From NCBI GenBank assembly GCA_903878805.1, contig CAIRJF010000030.1:5873-69872 (forward strand): a stretch of DNA of 64,000 nucleotides, given 5' to 3'. The position numbers were made by a program, and so were the translations under genes. The notes under the pieces were generated by a model. That model saw only the letters and a program-made list of their open reading frames with translations, did not search any database and had not been told where the DNA came from. The DNA is from an uncultured Verrucomicrobia subdivision 3 bacterium (GTDB taxonomy: Bacteria > Verrucomicrobiota > Verrucomicrobiia > Limisphaerales > UBA11358). This document shows, piece by piece, positions 29,098-37,594 of this stretch. Within the stretch, counting starts at the first letter, position 1; every line of letters starts with the position of its first letter.

Positions 29098-29772
29098 TCA
29101 ACGCAACAGCGATTCGATGAATGGCAAGTCTGCCGGCACGGTCACCTTTGGGTTCGGCGCACCGGCTTTCACCAACTGCACCGGCTGCCCGATGAGTTCG
29201 CATGCCGCCGTGTCATCGGTGAGAATGAGTTTTTGTTCACGCGCCGAGGAGATGGCGCGGCGAATCACTTCCAAGCGAAACGTTTGCGGCGTCTGCACCG
29301 ACCAAAGTTTTGAGCGGTCAATGGTGCGCGAAATAATTTTGCCGTCGGCGGTTTCCTTGATGGTGTCCGTCACCGGCTGCGCCGCAACCGCCGCGCCGGT
29401 TTCGCGAGCGGCGGCTATTGTAGCGGCAATCAAATCCGCACTTGTGCAAGGTCGCGCGGCATCTTGAATGGCGACGATTTCCGTTTTAGCTGAAACAGCG
29501 GCCAGCCCGTTCCAAACGGAGTCCTGCCGCTCCACACCGCCAGCGACGAGGCGGAACGGTTTTTGAAAATGAAATTTCTCCGCGAGTTCGGTGAAGTGCG
29601 GCTGCATTACGTCGCGCACGACCAAAATGATTTCGTCCACGCAAGCCGCATCGTTGAATTGTTTCCAAGTGTGCGCGACGACCGGCCGACCAGCGACTTC
29701 GAGCCAAAGTTTATCAACATTCGTGCCCATGCGCGTGCCCTTGCCAGCGGCGACGATGATTGCGGAAGTCAT
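29098..29772 (-). CDS. ispD: 2-C-methyl-D-erythritol 4-phosphate cytidylyltransferase
   Basis: 224 aa: IIVAAGKGTRMG...DKLWLEVAGRPV..., typical of IspD. Confidence 0.9.
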   Translation of the reverse strand: MTSAIIVAAGKGTRMGTNVDKLWLEVAGRPVVAHTWKQFNDAACVDEIILVVRDVMQPHFTELAEKFHFQKPFRLVAGGVERQDSVWNGLAAVSAKTEIVAIQDAARPCTSADLIAATIAAARETGAAVAAQPVTDTIKETADGKIISRTIDRSKLWSVQTPQTFRLEVIRRAISSAREQKLILTDDTAACELIGQPVQLVKAGAPNPKVTVPADLPFIESLLR

Positions 29773-29862
29773 GTTGAAATTTAAAAGTTGCAGGTTGAAA
29801 GTTGTTCAGACAATCGCATTGCGAAACCTTCAACTTTCAAACTGGAACCTTCAACTAAAAAA

Positions 29863-30075
29863 TCAACCAATACGCCAAACGATACGAGCCTTGTTGAGAT
29901 CGTAAGGCGACATTTCCATCTTCACGCGGTCGCCGGAAGTGAGGCGCACAAAACGTTTCCGCATCTTGCCGGAGATGGTCGCCAGCACCTGATGCTTGTT
30001 GTCGAGTTCAACGCGGAACATCGTGCCTGCGAGAACCGTCAGGATTTTTCCTTCAACTTCAATGTGCTCTTCCAT
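29863..30075 (-). CDS. infA: translation initiation factor IF-1
   Basis: 70 aa: [64 protein letters not shown] (S1-like OB fold). Confidence 0.92.
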   Translation of the reverse strand: MEEHIEVEGKILTVLAGTMFRVELDNKHQVLATISGKMRKRFVRLTSGDRVKMEMSPYDLNKARIVWRIG

Positions 30076-30090
30076 TGAAACCTTTTCAGC

Positions 30091-30129
30091 AAAAAAGCTT
30101 GGGCAACATTTTTATGATGCTGCCCAAGC
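30091..30129 (-). terminator. Rho-independent terminator of the RRM-protein gene
   Basis: On the minus strand: GCTTGGGCAGCAT-cataaaa-ATGTTGCCCAAGC followed by TTTTTT, 18 nt after the stop codon. Confidence 0.8.
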
Positions 30130-30147
30130 CAGTGATTATCTCAAAAG

Positions 30148-30531
30148 TTAATAACGGTCACGACCACCGCCACCACCGCCACGGCTGCCGCCACCACCGT
30201 ATCCACCGCCGCCATAACCGCCACCACCGCCGCCTTCGCGACGCGGACCGCGATCACGACCGCCGCCGCCGGGAGGACGTTCTTCTTTCGGGCGCGCGAT
30301 GTTGACTGTCAAAGCGCGACCATCGAGTTGCGCGCCGTGCAAGGCCTCAATCGCCTTCTGGGCTTCTTCAGGTGTGGAGTAGGTGACAAACGCAAACCCA
30401 CGTGAACGGCCGGTCATCCGGTCCATCATGAGGGTTGCTTCGACGACTTGACCGTGGGCGGCAAAAGCGTCCTGCAGGTCATTTTCCGTGGTGTTGAAGG
30501 AAAGATTTCCCACAAACAATTTCGTGCTCAT
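30148..30531 (-). CDS. RRM-domain RNA-binding protein with Gly/Arg/Tyr-rich tail
   Basis: RNP2 KLFVGNLSF and RNP1 RGFAFVTY. The C-terminal tail is PPGGGGRDRGPRREGGGGGGYGGGGYGGGGSRGGGGGGRDRY. Confidence 0.9.
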   Translation of the reverse strand: MSTKLFVGNLSFNTTENDLQDAFAAHGQVVEATLMMDRMTGRSRGFAFVTYSTPEEAQKAIEALHGAQLDGRALTVNIARPKEERPPGGGGRDRGPRREGGGGGGYGGGGYGGGGSRGGGGGGRDRY

Positions 30532-30662
30532 TTAATGATTTGTTGCTCGATACTAACCGTTTTCGTCTGTTCCCGACTACCGGGTTTCAAATCATCACTG
30601 AACCAAGTTCACTTGAAGATTCACCATGCTCGAAAGGTCAATTTATCTTACAGACGAAGCCG

Positions 30663-30690
30663 ATTCTAGCCAGAAACCCGTTTCTGGCAA
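30663..30690 (-). promoter_or_regulatory. sigma-70-type promoter for the RRM-protein gene (about 125-nt 5'UTR)
   Basis: On the minus strand: TTGCCA, a 16-nt spacer (which itself forms the hairpin GCCAGAAAC/GTTTCTGGC), then TAGAAT. Confidence 0.4.
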
Positions 30691-30773
30691 GCCCTTTTCA
30701 AATCGCCACCCGTCACGCCGCCAAGATTTTGAACACGCGGGGAATTTGAAGGCTTTGCAAAGCACCGAAATTT

Positions 30774-31445
30774 TTATTTTGGAAGATTCCTGAATTTTAC
30801 TATTCCCTCGACAACATTCGTTTTAAATTTTGGGTTTGATTTCAAAAACCATTCTTTGTCATCATCAAATTCATTCGCTACGTCGGTTTTCATTGCGACT
30901 TCATAAAAGAGGAGATTGTCATGTAGGACATTAAATTTGTTTCGCAGTGTCCCAATATAAACAGCCTGATTGGCCGGAGCATCAAAGGTCATCAAAACGG
31001 GTTGCTTGCCTGAATATGTTCTCATCTCGATGACAGGGTTGTCGGCAAAAAAATTATAATAACCAAGGTCAACAAAATAATATTCCCCCGGTGGAACTAC
31101 GAATGAAAAATAGCCATCCTTGATGCCGTTCTTAAAGACCGGAACCGTGAAGGAATATTCCCCAGACCTCCATAAATTAGTGTCGATCGACGTATCCGAA
31201 ACATACCGGCTAATTTGAAACATCATGGTGGGATCAGAATATTTCTGGGCCGGTTTAACCATCAACTTGTCATTTTTCCAACATTCAATTTTTCCGAAAA
31301 TAATTGAATTGGTTGCGTCCAGTTTGGAAAGGTTGCTCACGGGTTGCAGATGTGGAGTGGCACACGACAACGGCAACAGGGCGACAATCAGGACAATAAA
31401 TCCAAAACCTTGAAACATTCTGGTCATATCACGCCTTAAATTCAC
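30774..31445 (-). CDS. hypothetical lipoprotein encoded in an AT-rich patch
   Basis: 223-aa ORF. The lipobox-like signal is FIVLIVALLPLSC. The mature part is rich in Y/F/N/K and looks beta-rich. The start could instead be one of the internal Met codons (31427 or 31418). Confidence 0.6.
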   Translation of the reverse strand: MNLRRDMTRMFQGFGFIVLIVALLPLSCATPHLQPVSNLSKLDATNSIIFGKIECWKNDKLMVKPAQKYSDPTMMFQISRYVSDTSIDTNLWRSGEYSFTVPVFKNGIKDGYFSFVVPPGEYYFVDLGYYNFFADNPVIEMRTYSGKQPVLMTFDAPANQAVYIGTLRNKFNVLHDNLLFYEVAMKTDVANEFDDDKEWFLKSNPKFKTNVVEGIVKFRNLPK

Positions 31446-31836
31446 AAATTAAAATGGCTTCAAAAGCACATATTAATCCAGAACTTTTTAAATAAAAATG
31501 CGCCAAAAAACTCTAGCACGTTCTCGTTTTAAGCTTTTGCGCCTCTAAACTATAAGCTGAACACCATTCCACTTTTTTATCCGTGGCTTCGTGAATTGGC
31601 ACCGCCCATTTTATCGCTCCGTTCGCTTGGCAAGGATGCTGGGGGGCGCCGCGTCGAAGGTGGATTTCGTATGAGAATGTGAACTTGTTCGTGTTCGGAA
31701 TGGGGATTCAAGTCCTCGCAGCGCGAGACTCTACACCAAGGAAAATCTCAGCTATACAAAAAAACTGTCTGAAGATTTAGGCGGTTTGCCAAAAAAACAG
31801 GCTTTTCAACCTCGGCTTGATTTATAAAAACAAGAA

Positions 31837-33555
31837 TCAAGCCGCGCGCCAGTCCAAAACTTTCAACTGCACCGTCGTCCGGCCATTGAACTCGTTCACG
31901 CTCGGCGCAAAGGCCAGATCAAATTTCCCGTCCGGCAACGCGCCCGCGTTCCACCAGACTGCCTCGTGCGTCACTACGCCGTCCGTCACCCACAGCTTAA
32001 CGTGCTGCTTCGTCGCGCCCATGCGCAGCGCCGGTTTCTTTTGCATGAGATTCCGTGCGCAAAATTGCAGCGCCGGATTCCCCTGCCCCATCGGCTTCAA
32101 CTGTTCCAGTTCCAACAATGAATCCAAACTGATTTCCTTTAACTCAACCTCTGCGTCCATGCGCAAGGGCGGTTGCAAATCTTCCGGCTTCAAAGTGCGC
32201 CGAGCAATTTCATTCAAGCGCGCACGGAACAAATCTACCTTGTCCGGCGCAATGGTAAGCCCCGCCGCCATCGCGTGACCGCCATGTTTGATGAGCAAAT
32301 CGTCACACTCGCGCAACGCAGCGGCTAAATCAAAACCAACGATACTGCGACCTGAGCCGCGCCAAACTTCGGCATCGCCGCCAAGGACAATTGTCGGACG
32401 ATAAAATTCCTGCAACACACGCGACGCGACAATGCCCACCACGCCGATGTGCCAGAGCAATTCGCCCTCGACGATGACAAAATCTTTTTCTGCATCGAAC
32501 TTCGAACGCACTTTGCCACTGGCCGCCTCGCTGATGCCGCGCTCAATTTTCTGGCGCTCGCGATTCCGTGCATCGAGATTTTGCGCGAGCGGCAGAGCCT
32601 CATCCACATTTTCCGCAAGCATCAACCGCAATGATTCTTCCGCCGTTTCCAATCGCCCCGAAGCATTCAGTCGCGGCGCGAGTTGGAAGCCGACATCGTG
32701 CGTGCCGAGTTTTTCCGGCGACTGTGCCACTTCTTTTAAAGCGACAATCCCGGCGCGCTGCGTCGTGTTCAACCTTTCTAATCCGGCAGTGACGAGAATC
32801 CGATTTTCGCCAATTAGCGGAACCAAATCTGCAATCGTGCCCAGCGCGACCAAATCCAAAAGCGATTTCAAATCAAACTCCGCCGCGCCGGGCAAACCTG
32901 TTTCACGTCCACGTTTTAAAATGGCGTGCGCCAGTTTGAACGCCAGTCCGACGGAACATAGTTCGGTAAAAGGAGATGGAAGATTGGAGTTAGAAGTTGG
33001 GAGTTGTGGATTTACAAGCGCCACGGCGGCGGGCGCGGGATTGGAAACCTGATGATGATCCAAAACGATGACATCCACATTTTTCTCGCGCAGCCATGAA
33101 ATTGTTTCCACGGCGGTTGAACCACAATCCACGGCGAGCAATAATTTTAAGGGAGATTTCTTGAGACAATTTTCCACGCCGTCGCGACTCAAGCCATAAC
33201 CTTCGTCCATGCGATGCGGCAGATATGCGTCCACGCGCCAGCCGAGTTTTCGCAAAAATTCCAGCAACAGTGTCGTCGAAGTCACGCCGTCCACGTCATA
33301 ATCGCCAAAGATGACGAGCGGTTCGTCGCGTTCGTGCGCCAGCAGCAATCGCTCCACGGCCACATTCATATTCGGGAGCAGAAACGGATCAGAAAGATTT
33401 TTCAGACGCGGTGCGAGAAATCTTTCAATTACGTCCGGCTCGCTCAAACCGCGATTGAGCAAACATTGTGCAAGCAGCGGGGAAATTTTTAACTGTGTGG
33501 CGAGCAGTTCCGCGAGAAGCGGTTGCGGTGTTGCCAGCGTCCAGCGAAATTTCAT
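31837..33555 (-). CDS. recJ: single-stranded-DNA-specific exonuclease
   Basis: 572 aa with DHH motifs (FGDYDVDGVTS, DHH in VLDHHQ) and DHHA1 GGHAMAAG. Confidence 0.9.
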   Translation of the reverse strand: MKFRWTLATPQPLLAELLATQLKISPLLAQCLLNRGLSEPDVIERFLAPRLKNLSDPFLLPNMNVAVERLLLAHERDEPLVIFGDYDVDGVTSTTLLLEFLRKLGWRVDAYLPHRMDEGYGLSRDGVENCLKKSPLKLLLAVDCGSTAVETISWLREKNVDVIVLDHHQVSNPAPAAVALVNPQLPTSNSNLPSPFTELCSVGLAFKLAHAILKRGRETGLPGAAEFDLKSLLDLVALGTIADLVPLIGENRILVTAGLERLNTTQRAGIVALKEVAQSPEKLGTHDVGFQLAPRLNASGRLETAEESLRLMLAENVDEALPLAQNLDARNRERQKIERGISEAASGKVRSKFDAEKDFVIVEGELLWHIGVVGIVASRVLQEFYRPTIVLGGDAEVWRGSGRSIVGFDLAAALRECDDLLIKHGGHAMAAGLTIAPDKVDLFRARLNEIARRTLKPEDLQPPLRMDAEVELKEISLDSLLELEQLKPMGQGNPALQFCARNLMQKKPALRMGATKQHVKLWVTDGVVTHEAVWWNAGALPDGKFDLAFAPSVNEFNGRTTVQLKVLDWRAA

Positions 33556-34517
33556 TTAGCAGCGAGTTTTTCGCGCCGTGCGGCCGTGATGGACAAAGCG
33601 ATAGCGATAGCCAAAATCGCCGCGACGACGAGCAACGAAGTGACAGTCGGAATCTTAATCTGAAACCATTGCGGCGCGTGGTCGTGCGGATCGAGCAACA
33701 TTTTCGCACCGATGAAAACCAGCACGAGCGACAGGCCGGCGGTGAGGTAGCGGAACAAGCCGATCGCGCCGGCGAGCAGGAAATACAACGAACGCAGGCC
33801 GAGGATGGCAAAGACGTTTGAGGTAAAAACGATGAAGGCTTTTTGTGTGACGGCGAATACGGCGGGCACGGAATCCACGGCAAAAATCAAATCAGTCGTC
33901 TCGACCAATATCAATACGAGCGCGAGCGGCGTGAGTGCAAAACGGCCATTCCAACGAGTGGTAAATTTCTGACCCTCCATCGTTGGCGAAACCGGGAAAA
34001 ATTTTCGCGCGAAACGGATGACGGGATTGTTCTCCGGTTCGATGGCTTCTTTTTTCGCGAACAACATTTTGACGCCGGTCATGACCAGGAAAACGCCAAA
34101 GATATAAAGCACCCAGCTAAAATTCTGAATGAGCACCGCGCCGACGCCGATCATCGCGCCGCGCATGACGAGCGCGCCGAGAATGCCCCACACAAGCACG
34201 CGCTTCTGAAATTCCGGCGGGACTTTGAACGCGGTAAAAATCAGCGCGATGACGAGGATGTTATCGAGCGACAGTGATAGTTCGATGAGATAGCCGGTGA
34301 CAAATTCAGTCGCTTCTTCGTGTCCGCGCAGCGGCACGAGCAGCGCGGCAAACAGCATCGCGAGCGTGAACCAAACCGCGCTCCACACGAGTGCTTCGCG
34401 AAAACTGACAGCGCGGGCACGTTTGCTGAACGCGCCCATGTCCACGGCGATGCAGACAAAGACGAACAGGATGAAGCCCGCCCAATGCCATGGCGTGATT
34501 TGAATCAACGCAAGCAT
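33552..34517 (-). CDS. TerC-family integral membrane protein
   Basis: 321 aa: YLIELSLSLDNILVIALIF and LILVETTDLIFAVDSVPAVFAVT are the duplicated TerC motifs. Its stop overlaps the recJ start (ATGA). Confidence 0.85.
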   Translation of the reverse strand: MLALIQITPWHWAGFILFVFVCIAVDMGAFSKRARAVSFREALVWSAVWFTLAMLFAALLVPLRGHEEATEFVTGYLIELSLSLDNILVIALIFTAFKVPPEFQKRVLVWGILGALVMRGAMIGVGAVLIQNFSWVLYIFGVFLVMTGVKMLFAKKEAIEPENNPVIRFARKFFPVSPTMEGQKFTTRWNGRFALTPLALVLILVETTDLIFAVDSVPAVFAVTQKAFIVFTSNVFAILGLRSLYFLLAGAIGLFRYLTAGLSLVLVFIGAKMLLDPHDHAPQWFQIKIPTVTSLLVVAAILAIAIALSITAARREKLAAK

Positions 34518-34626
34518 ATCGTGTCTGCGGTTTTTATTTTTATCTTTTTCGCCATCGTAATCTTGATCCGTTTGTTTACTAAAACGGAATGAAGATTACG
34601 AATAGGATTGCGATTAAGAAATAAAA

Positions 34627-37140
34627 TTAGGCTTTTGCCGCGGGGACATTTGCATTCTGCACGCTTACCTGCGAACCACCACCGAGGTCGGGACGTTCGC
34701 CTTTGTGCCACCACAACACGATGACGCTCGCGATGTAGATGGACGAGTAAGTGCCGACGATGATGCCGACGAGGAACGTGAACGCGAAGTCGTTGATGAC
34801 GCCGCCGCCGAAGATGAACAGCGAGAGCGTTGCCAAGAATACTGTGCCGCTGGTGATGATTGTGCGGCTCAAAGTCTGGTTGAGCGACATGTTGATGATG
34901 TCCTTGAACGAGCCGCGCACGCCGAGCTTCAGCTGTTCGCGGATACGGTCGAAGATAACAATCTTGTCGTTGATGGAGAAACCGATGATGGTCAGAATCG
35001 CCGCGACGACGGTGGCGTTGAACTGGCGACCGGACACGGCGTTGGCGATACAATACGCGCCAATCGCAAACAGCACGTCGTGCAGCACGGCGGCGACGGC
35101 GGCGACGGCGAAGGAAAATTCGTAGCGGAACGCGACATAAACGAGAATGCCGAACAGCGAGAGCAGCGAGGCGACGATTGCCGATTGCTGAATTTCTTTG
35201 CCGAGCGTCGCGCCGACTTGCTGGCTGCCAAGCAACTTGAATTGCGCCGACGGCAGGTTTTCGAGCGCAGCCTTGACGTTGTCCACCGAGCCGCTGGAGG
35301 TCGTGAGGCGCAGCGTTTCGGTGCCGGCACCGACATCTTTTTGATATTGGATTTGCGCGTCTTTTTCGCCGACGGCGGTCAGCGCGTTGCGAATCTGCTG
35401 TTCGTCAATTTTCTGCACAAAGCTGTAAGTCGTGCTGTCGCCGCCGAGGAAATCCACGCCGAAAAGTTTTTCGCCGCGCGAAATGCCGAAGCCCAATGAC
35501 GCCGCGACAAATACCGTGGTAGCGAGCGCGAGCGGCTTGCCGACTTTCATGAAGTCCACTTTGGAGCTTTTGATAATGTGCATCATCCAGAGCGACTGGA
35601 TCATGTTCCGGTCAATCATGAAGTTGAAGATCAACCGCGTCACGACGAGCGCGGTAAACAAGCTCGCGGCCACGCCGATGGTCAGTGTGACACCAAAGCC
35701 TTTGATTTCGCCCGTGCCCATGAAAATCAAAATGATGGACGAAATGAGCGTGGTGACGTGCGAATCAAAAATTGTTCCGAAGGCGCGGGCGTAACCGGCG
35801 TCAATCGCGCCACGCAGGGATTTGCCCTTCGCGAGTTCTTCCCGGATGCGTTCGTAAATCAGCACGTTCGCGTCCACCGCCATACCGACGGTCAACACCG
35901 CGCCAGCAATACCCGGCAAGGTGAAGGTTGTGCCGATGGAACACATCACGCCCAGCAGGATGATAATATTCGTGCAAAGCGCGACATTGGCCGCGATACC
36001 CGCAATCCAATAATAACAAAGCATGAACACGGAGACGAACAACACGCCCGCGATGGACGCCTTGATACCGCTGCGGATGGAATCCTTACCAAGCGTCGGG
36101 TCAACGTCGCTGGCATAAACAATTTTCAACGGCGCTTTCAACGGGTTCTGCAACACATTCGCCAGTTCGAGCGCCTGTTGAATCGTGTAGCTGCCGGTGA
36201 TCTGGCCATTGCCGGTTTCAATCGGGCTTTGGATGTTCGGCGCAGAATACAGTTCGCCGTCCAGCACGATGGCGAGACGGTGGCCGACGTTGTCACGCGT
36301 GGTGTCGCCAAATTTTTTCGCGCCGTCATCGGAGAGCGTAAAGTCAATCTGCGGTTCGCCCAAATTGCCGCGCACGACCATCGCGCTCTTGATGATGTCG
36401 CCGAACAGCCCGTTCTCCGGTTTCTTTTTGACGATGAACTGCTCCAGCCGCGTCGTGCCGTCGGCCTGCTGGTCAACGTGCTTGAGCAATTCGTAACCAT
36501 ACGGAATCGGCTCGCCGTTCTTGATGATTTCGTCACTGTCATCCTTCACCATGCGGAATTCGAGGAACGCCGTCTTCTGAATCTGCGACTTGGCGCTGTC
36601 CTTGTCCGCCTGCGAGAGGCCGGGCAACTGGATGAGAATGCGGTTGCCACCCGCCGACTGGATGACCGGCTCCGCCACACCGAAACGGTCAATGCGTTTG
36701 CGCAACACTTCAATGGCCTGCGACAGCGCGCTGCTCGTCTCGTTCGTGTTCGCCAGTTTGGTCGTGTCCATTTCGACGAGAAACGATGTGCCGCCCTGCA
36801 AATCCAGACCCAATTTGATTTTGCCCGCCGCGTCGCGCTGGAGACGATTCAAAATGAACAGATTCGGGTGAACCTGATTCTGCGCGCCGATGAAGGGAAA
36901 GTATTTCTGCAAATCGTTCGTGCCGGTCGCGAGCGAGAGCGCGGCGAAATCATTCGTGCCAGCCTTTTGCAGCACGGACGTCTGCGCGAGAATCGCCTTG
37001 AACGTGTCGTCTTGGTTCTGCGCGCGACTGGAAAATTGCTGCACCAAGTTGCGAGAGGCCGGCGGATAAATCTCAAACAGCGACCAGAGGATGATGGCGA
37101 TGACCAACAGGAAACGCCCGAAGTTGTTGTTCTTGTTCAT
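34627..37140 (-). CDS. secDF: protein translocase subunit SecDF (fused)
   Basis: 837 aa with a SecD periplasmic domain and a 6-TM bundle (LGLDLQGG, AGIAGAVLTVGMAVDANVLIYERIREE), followed by SecF (INDKIVIFDRIRE). Confidence 0.92.
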   Translation of the reverse strand: MNKNNNFGRFLLVIAIILWSLFEIYPPASRNLVQQFSSRAQNQDDTFKAILAQTSVLQKAGTNDFAALSLATGTNDLQKYFPFIGAQNQVHPNLFILNRLQRDAAGKIKLGLDLQGGTSFLVEMDTTKLANTNETSSALSQAIEVLRKRIDRFGVAEPVIQSAGGNRILIQLPGLSQADKDSAKSQIQKTAFLEFRMVKDDSDEIIKNGEPIPYGYELLKHVDQQADGTTRLEQFIVKKKPENGLFGDIIKSAMVVRGNLGEPQIDFTLSDDGAKKFGDTTRDNVGHRLAIVLDGELYSAPNIQSPIETGNGQITGSYTIQQALELANVLQNPLKAPLKIVYASDVDPTLGKDSIRSGIKASIAGVLFVSVFMLCYYWIAGIAANVALCTNIIILLGVMCSIGTTFTLPGIAGAVLTVGMAVDANVLIYERIREELAKGKSLRGAIDAGYARAFGTIFDSHVTTLISSIILIFMGTGEIKGFGVTLTIGVAASLFTALVVTRLIFNFMIDRNMIQSLWMMHIIKSSKVDFMKVGKPLALATTVFVAASLGFGISRGEKLFGVDFLGGDSTTYSFVQKIDEQQIRNALTAVGEKDAQIQYQKDVGAGTETLRLTTSSGSVDNVKAALENLPSAQFKLLGSQQVGATLGKEIQQSAIVASLLSLFGILVYVAFRYEFSFAVAAVAAVLHDVLFAIGAYCIANAVSGRQFNATVVAAILTIIGFSINDKIVIFDRIREQLKLGVRGSFKDIINMSLNQTLSRTIITSGTVFLATLSLFIFGGGVINDFAFTFLVGIIVGTYSSIYIASVIVLWWHKGERPDLGGGSQVSVQNANVPAAKA

Positions 37141-37146
37141 GACAAT

Positions 37147-37488
37147 TTACGCTTTGACCACGGTGGCGTTGGGATCGGCCACGATTTCCGCGACGGAAGC
37201 CTTGGTGATTTCAAATTTCGCATCGCCGGAGCGCAGCGTCACCGTCTTGTCCTTCACGGTGACGACCGTGCCGACAATACCGGCGCTAGTGACCACCTCG
37301 TCGCCGGACTTGAGTGACTCAATCAGCTTGCGCAATTCCTTCGCGCGCTTCTGCTGCGGGCGGATTAGGATGAAATAGAAAACCACCACCAGCAAAATCA
37401 TCGGCAGGAACGCCATGACGGGGTTTTGCGGCTGGCCGGCGGGCGGAGCCGCCTGCGCCAAAAGGGACGGAAACGAGTTGATTTGCAT
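37147..37488 (-). CDS. yajC: preprotein translocase subunit YajC
   Basis: Start at MQINSF... (37488). It has one TM segment and the FYFILIRPQQKRAKE motif. Confidence 0.85.
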   Translation of the reverse strand: MQINSFPSLLAQAAPPAGQPQNPVMAFLPMILLVVVFYFILIRPQQKRAKELRKLIESLKSGDEVVTSAGIVGTVVTVKDKTVTLRSGDAKFEITKASVAEIVADPNATVVKA

Positions 37489-37594
37489 AAATTGAAAAAC
37501 GGTCGGACAATTTAAGGAATCAGCGGCCAATGGCAAGATTTATCACCACCCAATCCAACTGGTCAACCGGCAAACGCTAACGCGAACGAAGGCT

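Noticed and set aside
617-29772. ispH, shc and ispD as an isoprenoid/hopanoid biosynthetic gene cluster.
   Set aside because: The three genes are separated by tens of kb of unrelated housekeeping genes. They lie on different strands and in different operons, so the co-occurrence in the window is not clustering.
30160-30290. Short tandem ccaccaccgcc / ccgccgcc repeats, as a possible VNTR or CRISPR-like signal.
   Set aside because: They are the antisense of the GGx codons that encode the Gly/Arg/Tyr-rich tail of the RRM protein. There is no spacer-repeat organisation.
31640-31730. tRNA/tmRNA-like T-arm impression on the plus strand (GGGGATTCAAGTCCTC).
   Set aside because: The flanks of the TTCAAGT loop are not complementary (GGGGA versus CCTCG). 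No acceptor stem, D-arm or anticodon arm could be drawn.
31626-31740. 5S rRNA-like stretch on the minus strand. It is 115 nt long. The ends CTTGGTG...TGCCAAG could pair like helix I. The internal CCCCATTCCGAACACGAA resembles the conserved CCCAT.CCGAAC loop at the right distance from the 5' end.
   Set aside because: The 3' half lacks the conserved GATGGTAGT and GAGAGTAGG elements. I could not build helices II, IV and V; instead there is only a local CTCGC-GCT-GCGAG hairpin. An isolated 5S gene in an AT-rich spacer is also implausible. A cmsearch with Rfam RF00001 would settle it.
34518-34626. An expected yybP-ykoY (Mn) riboswitch upstream of the TerC-family gene.
   Set aside because: The 109-nt spacer is AT-rich and lacks the conserved GGGGAGTAG-type core. 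Only a weak CCGTTT/AAACGG hairpin is present. A cmsearch with RF00080 would confirm.
35578-37317. A 579-aa ORF on the plus strand.
   Set aside because: It is antisense to secDF/yajC. The translation is Arg/Asp/His-rich and implausible as a protein, so it is a shadow ORF.
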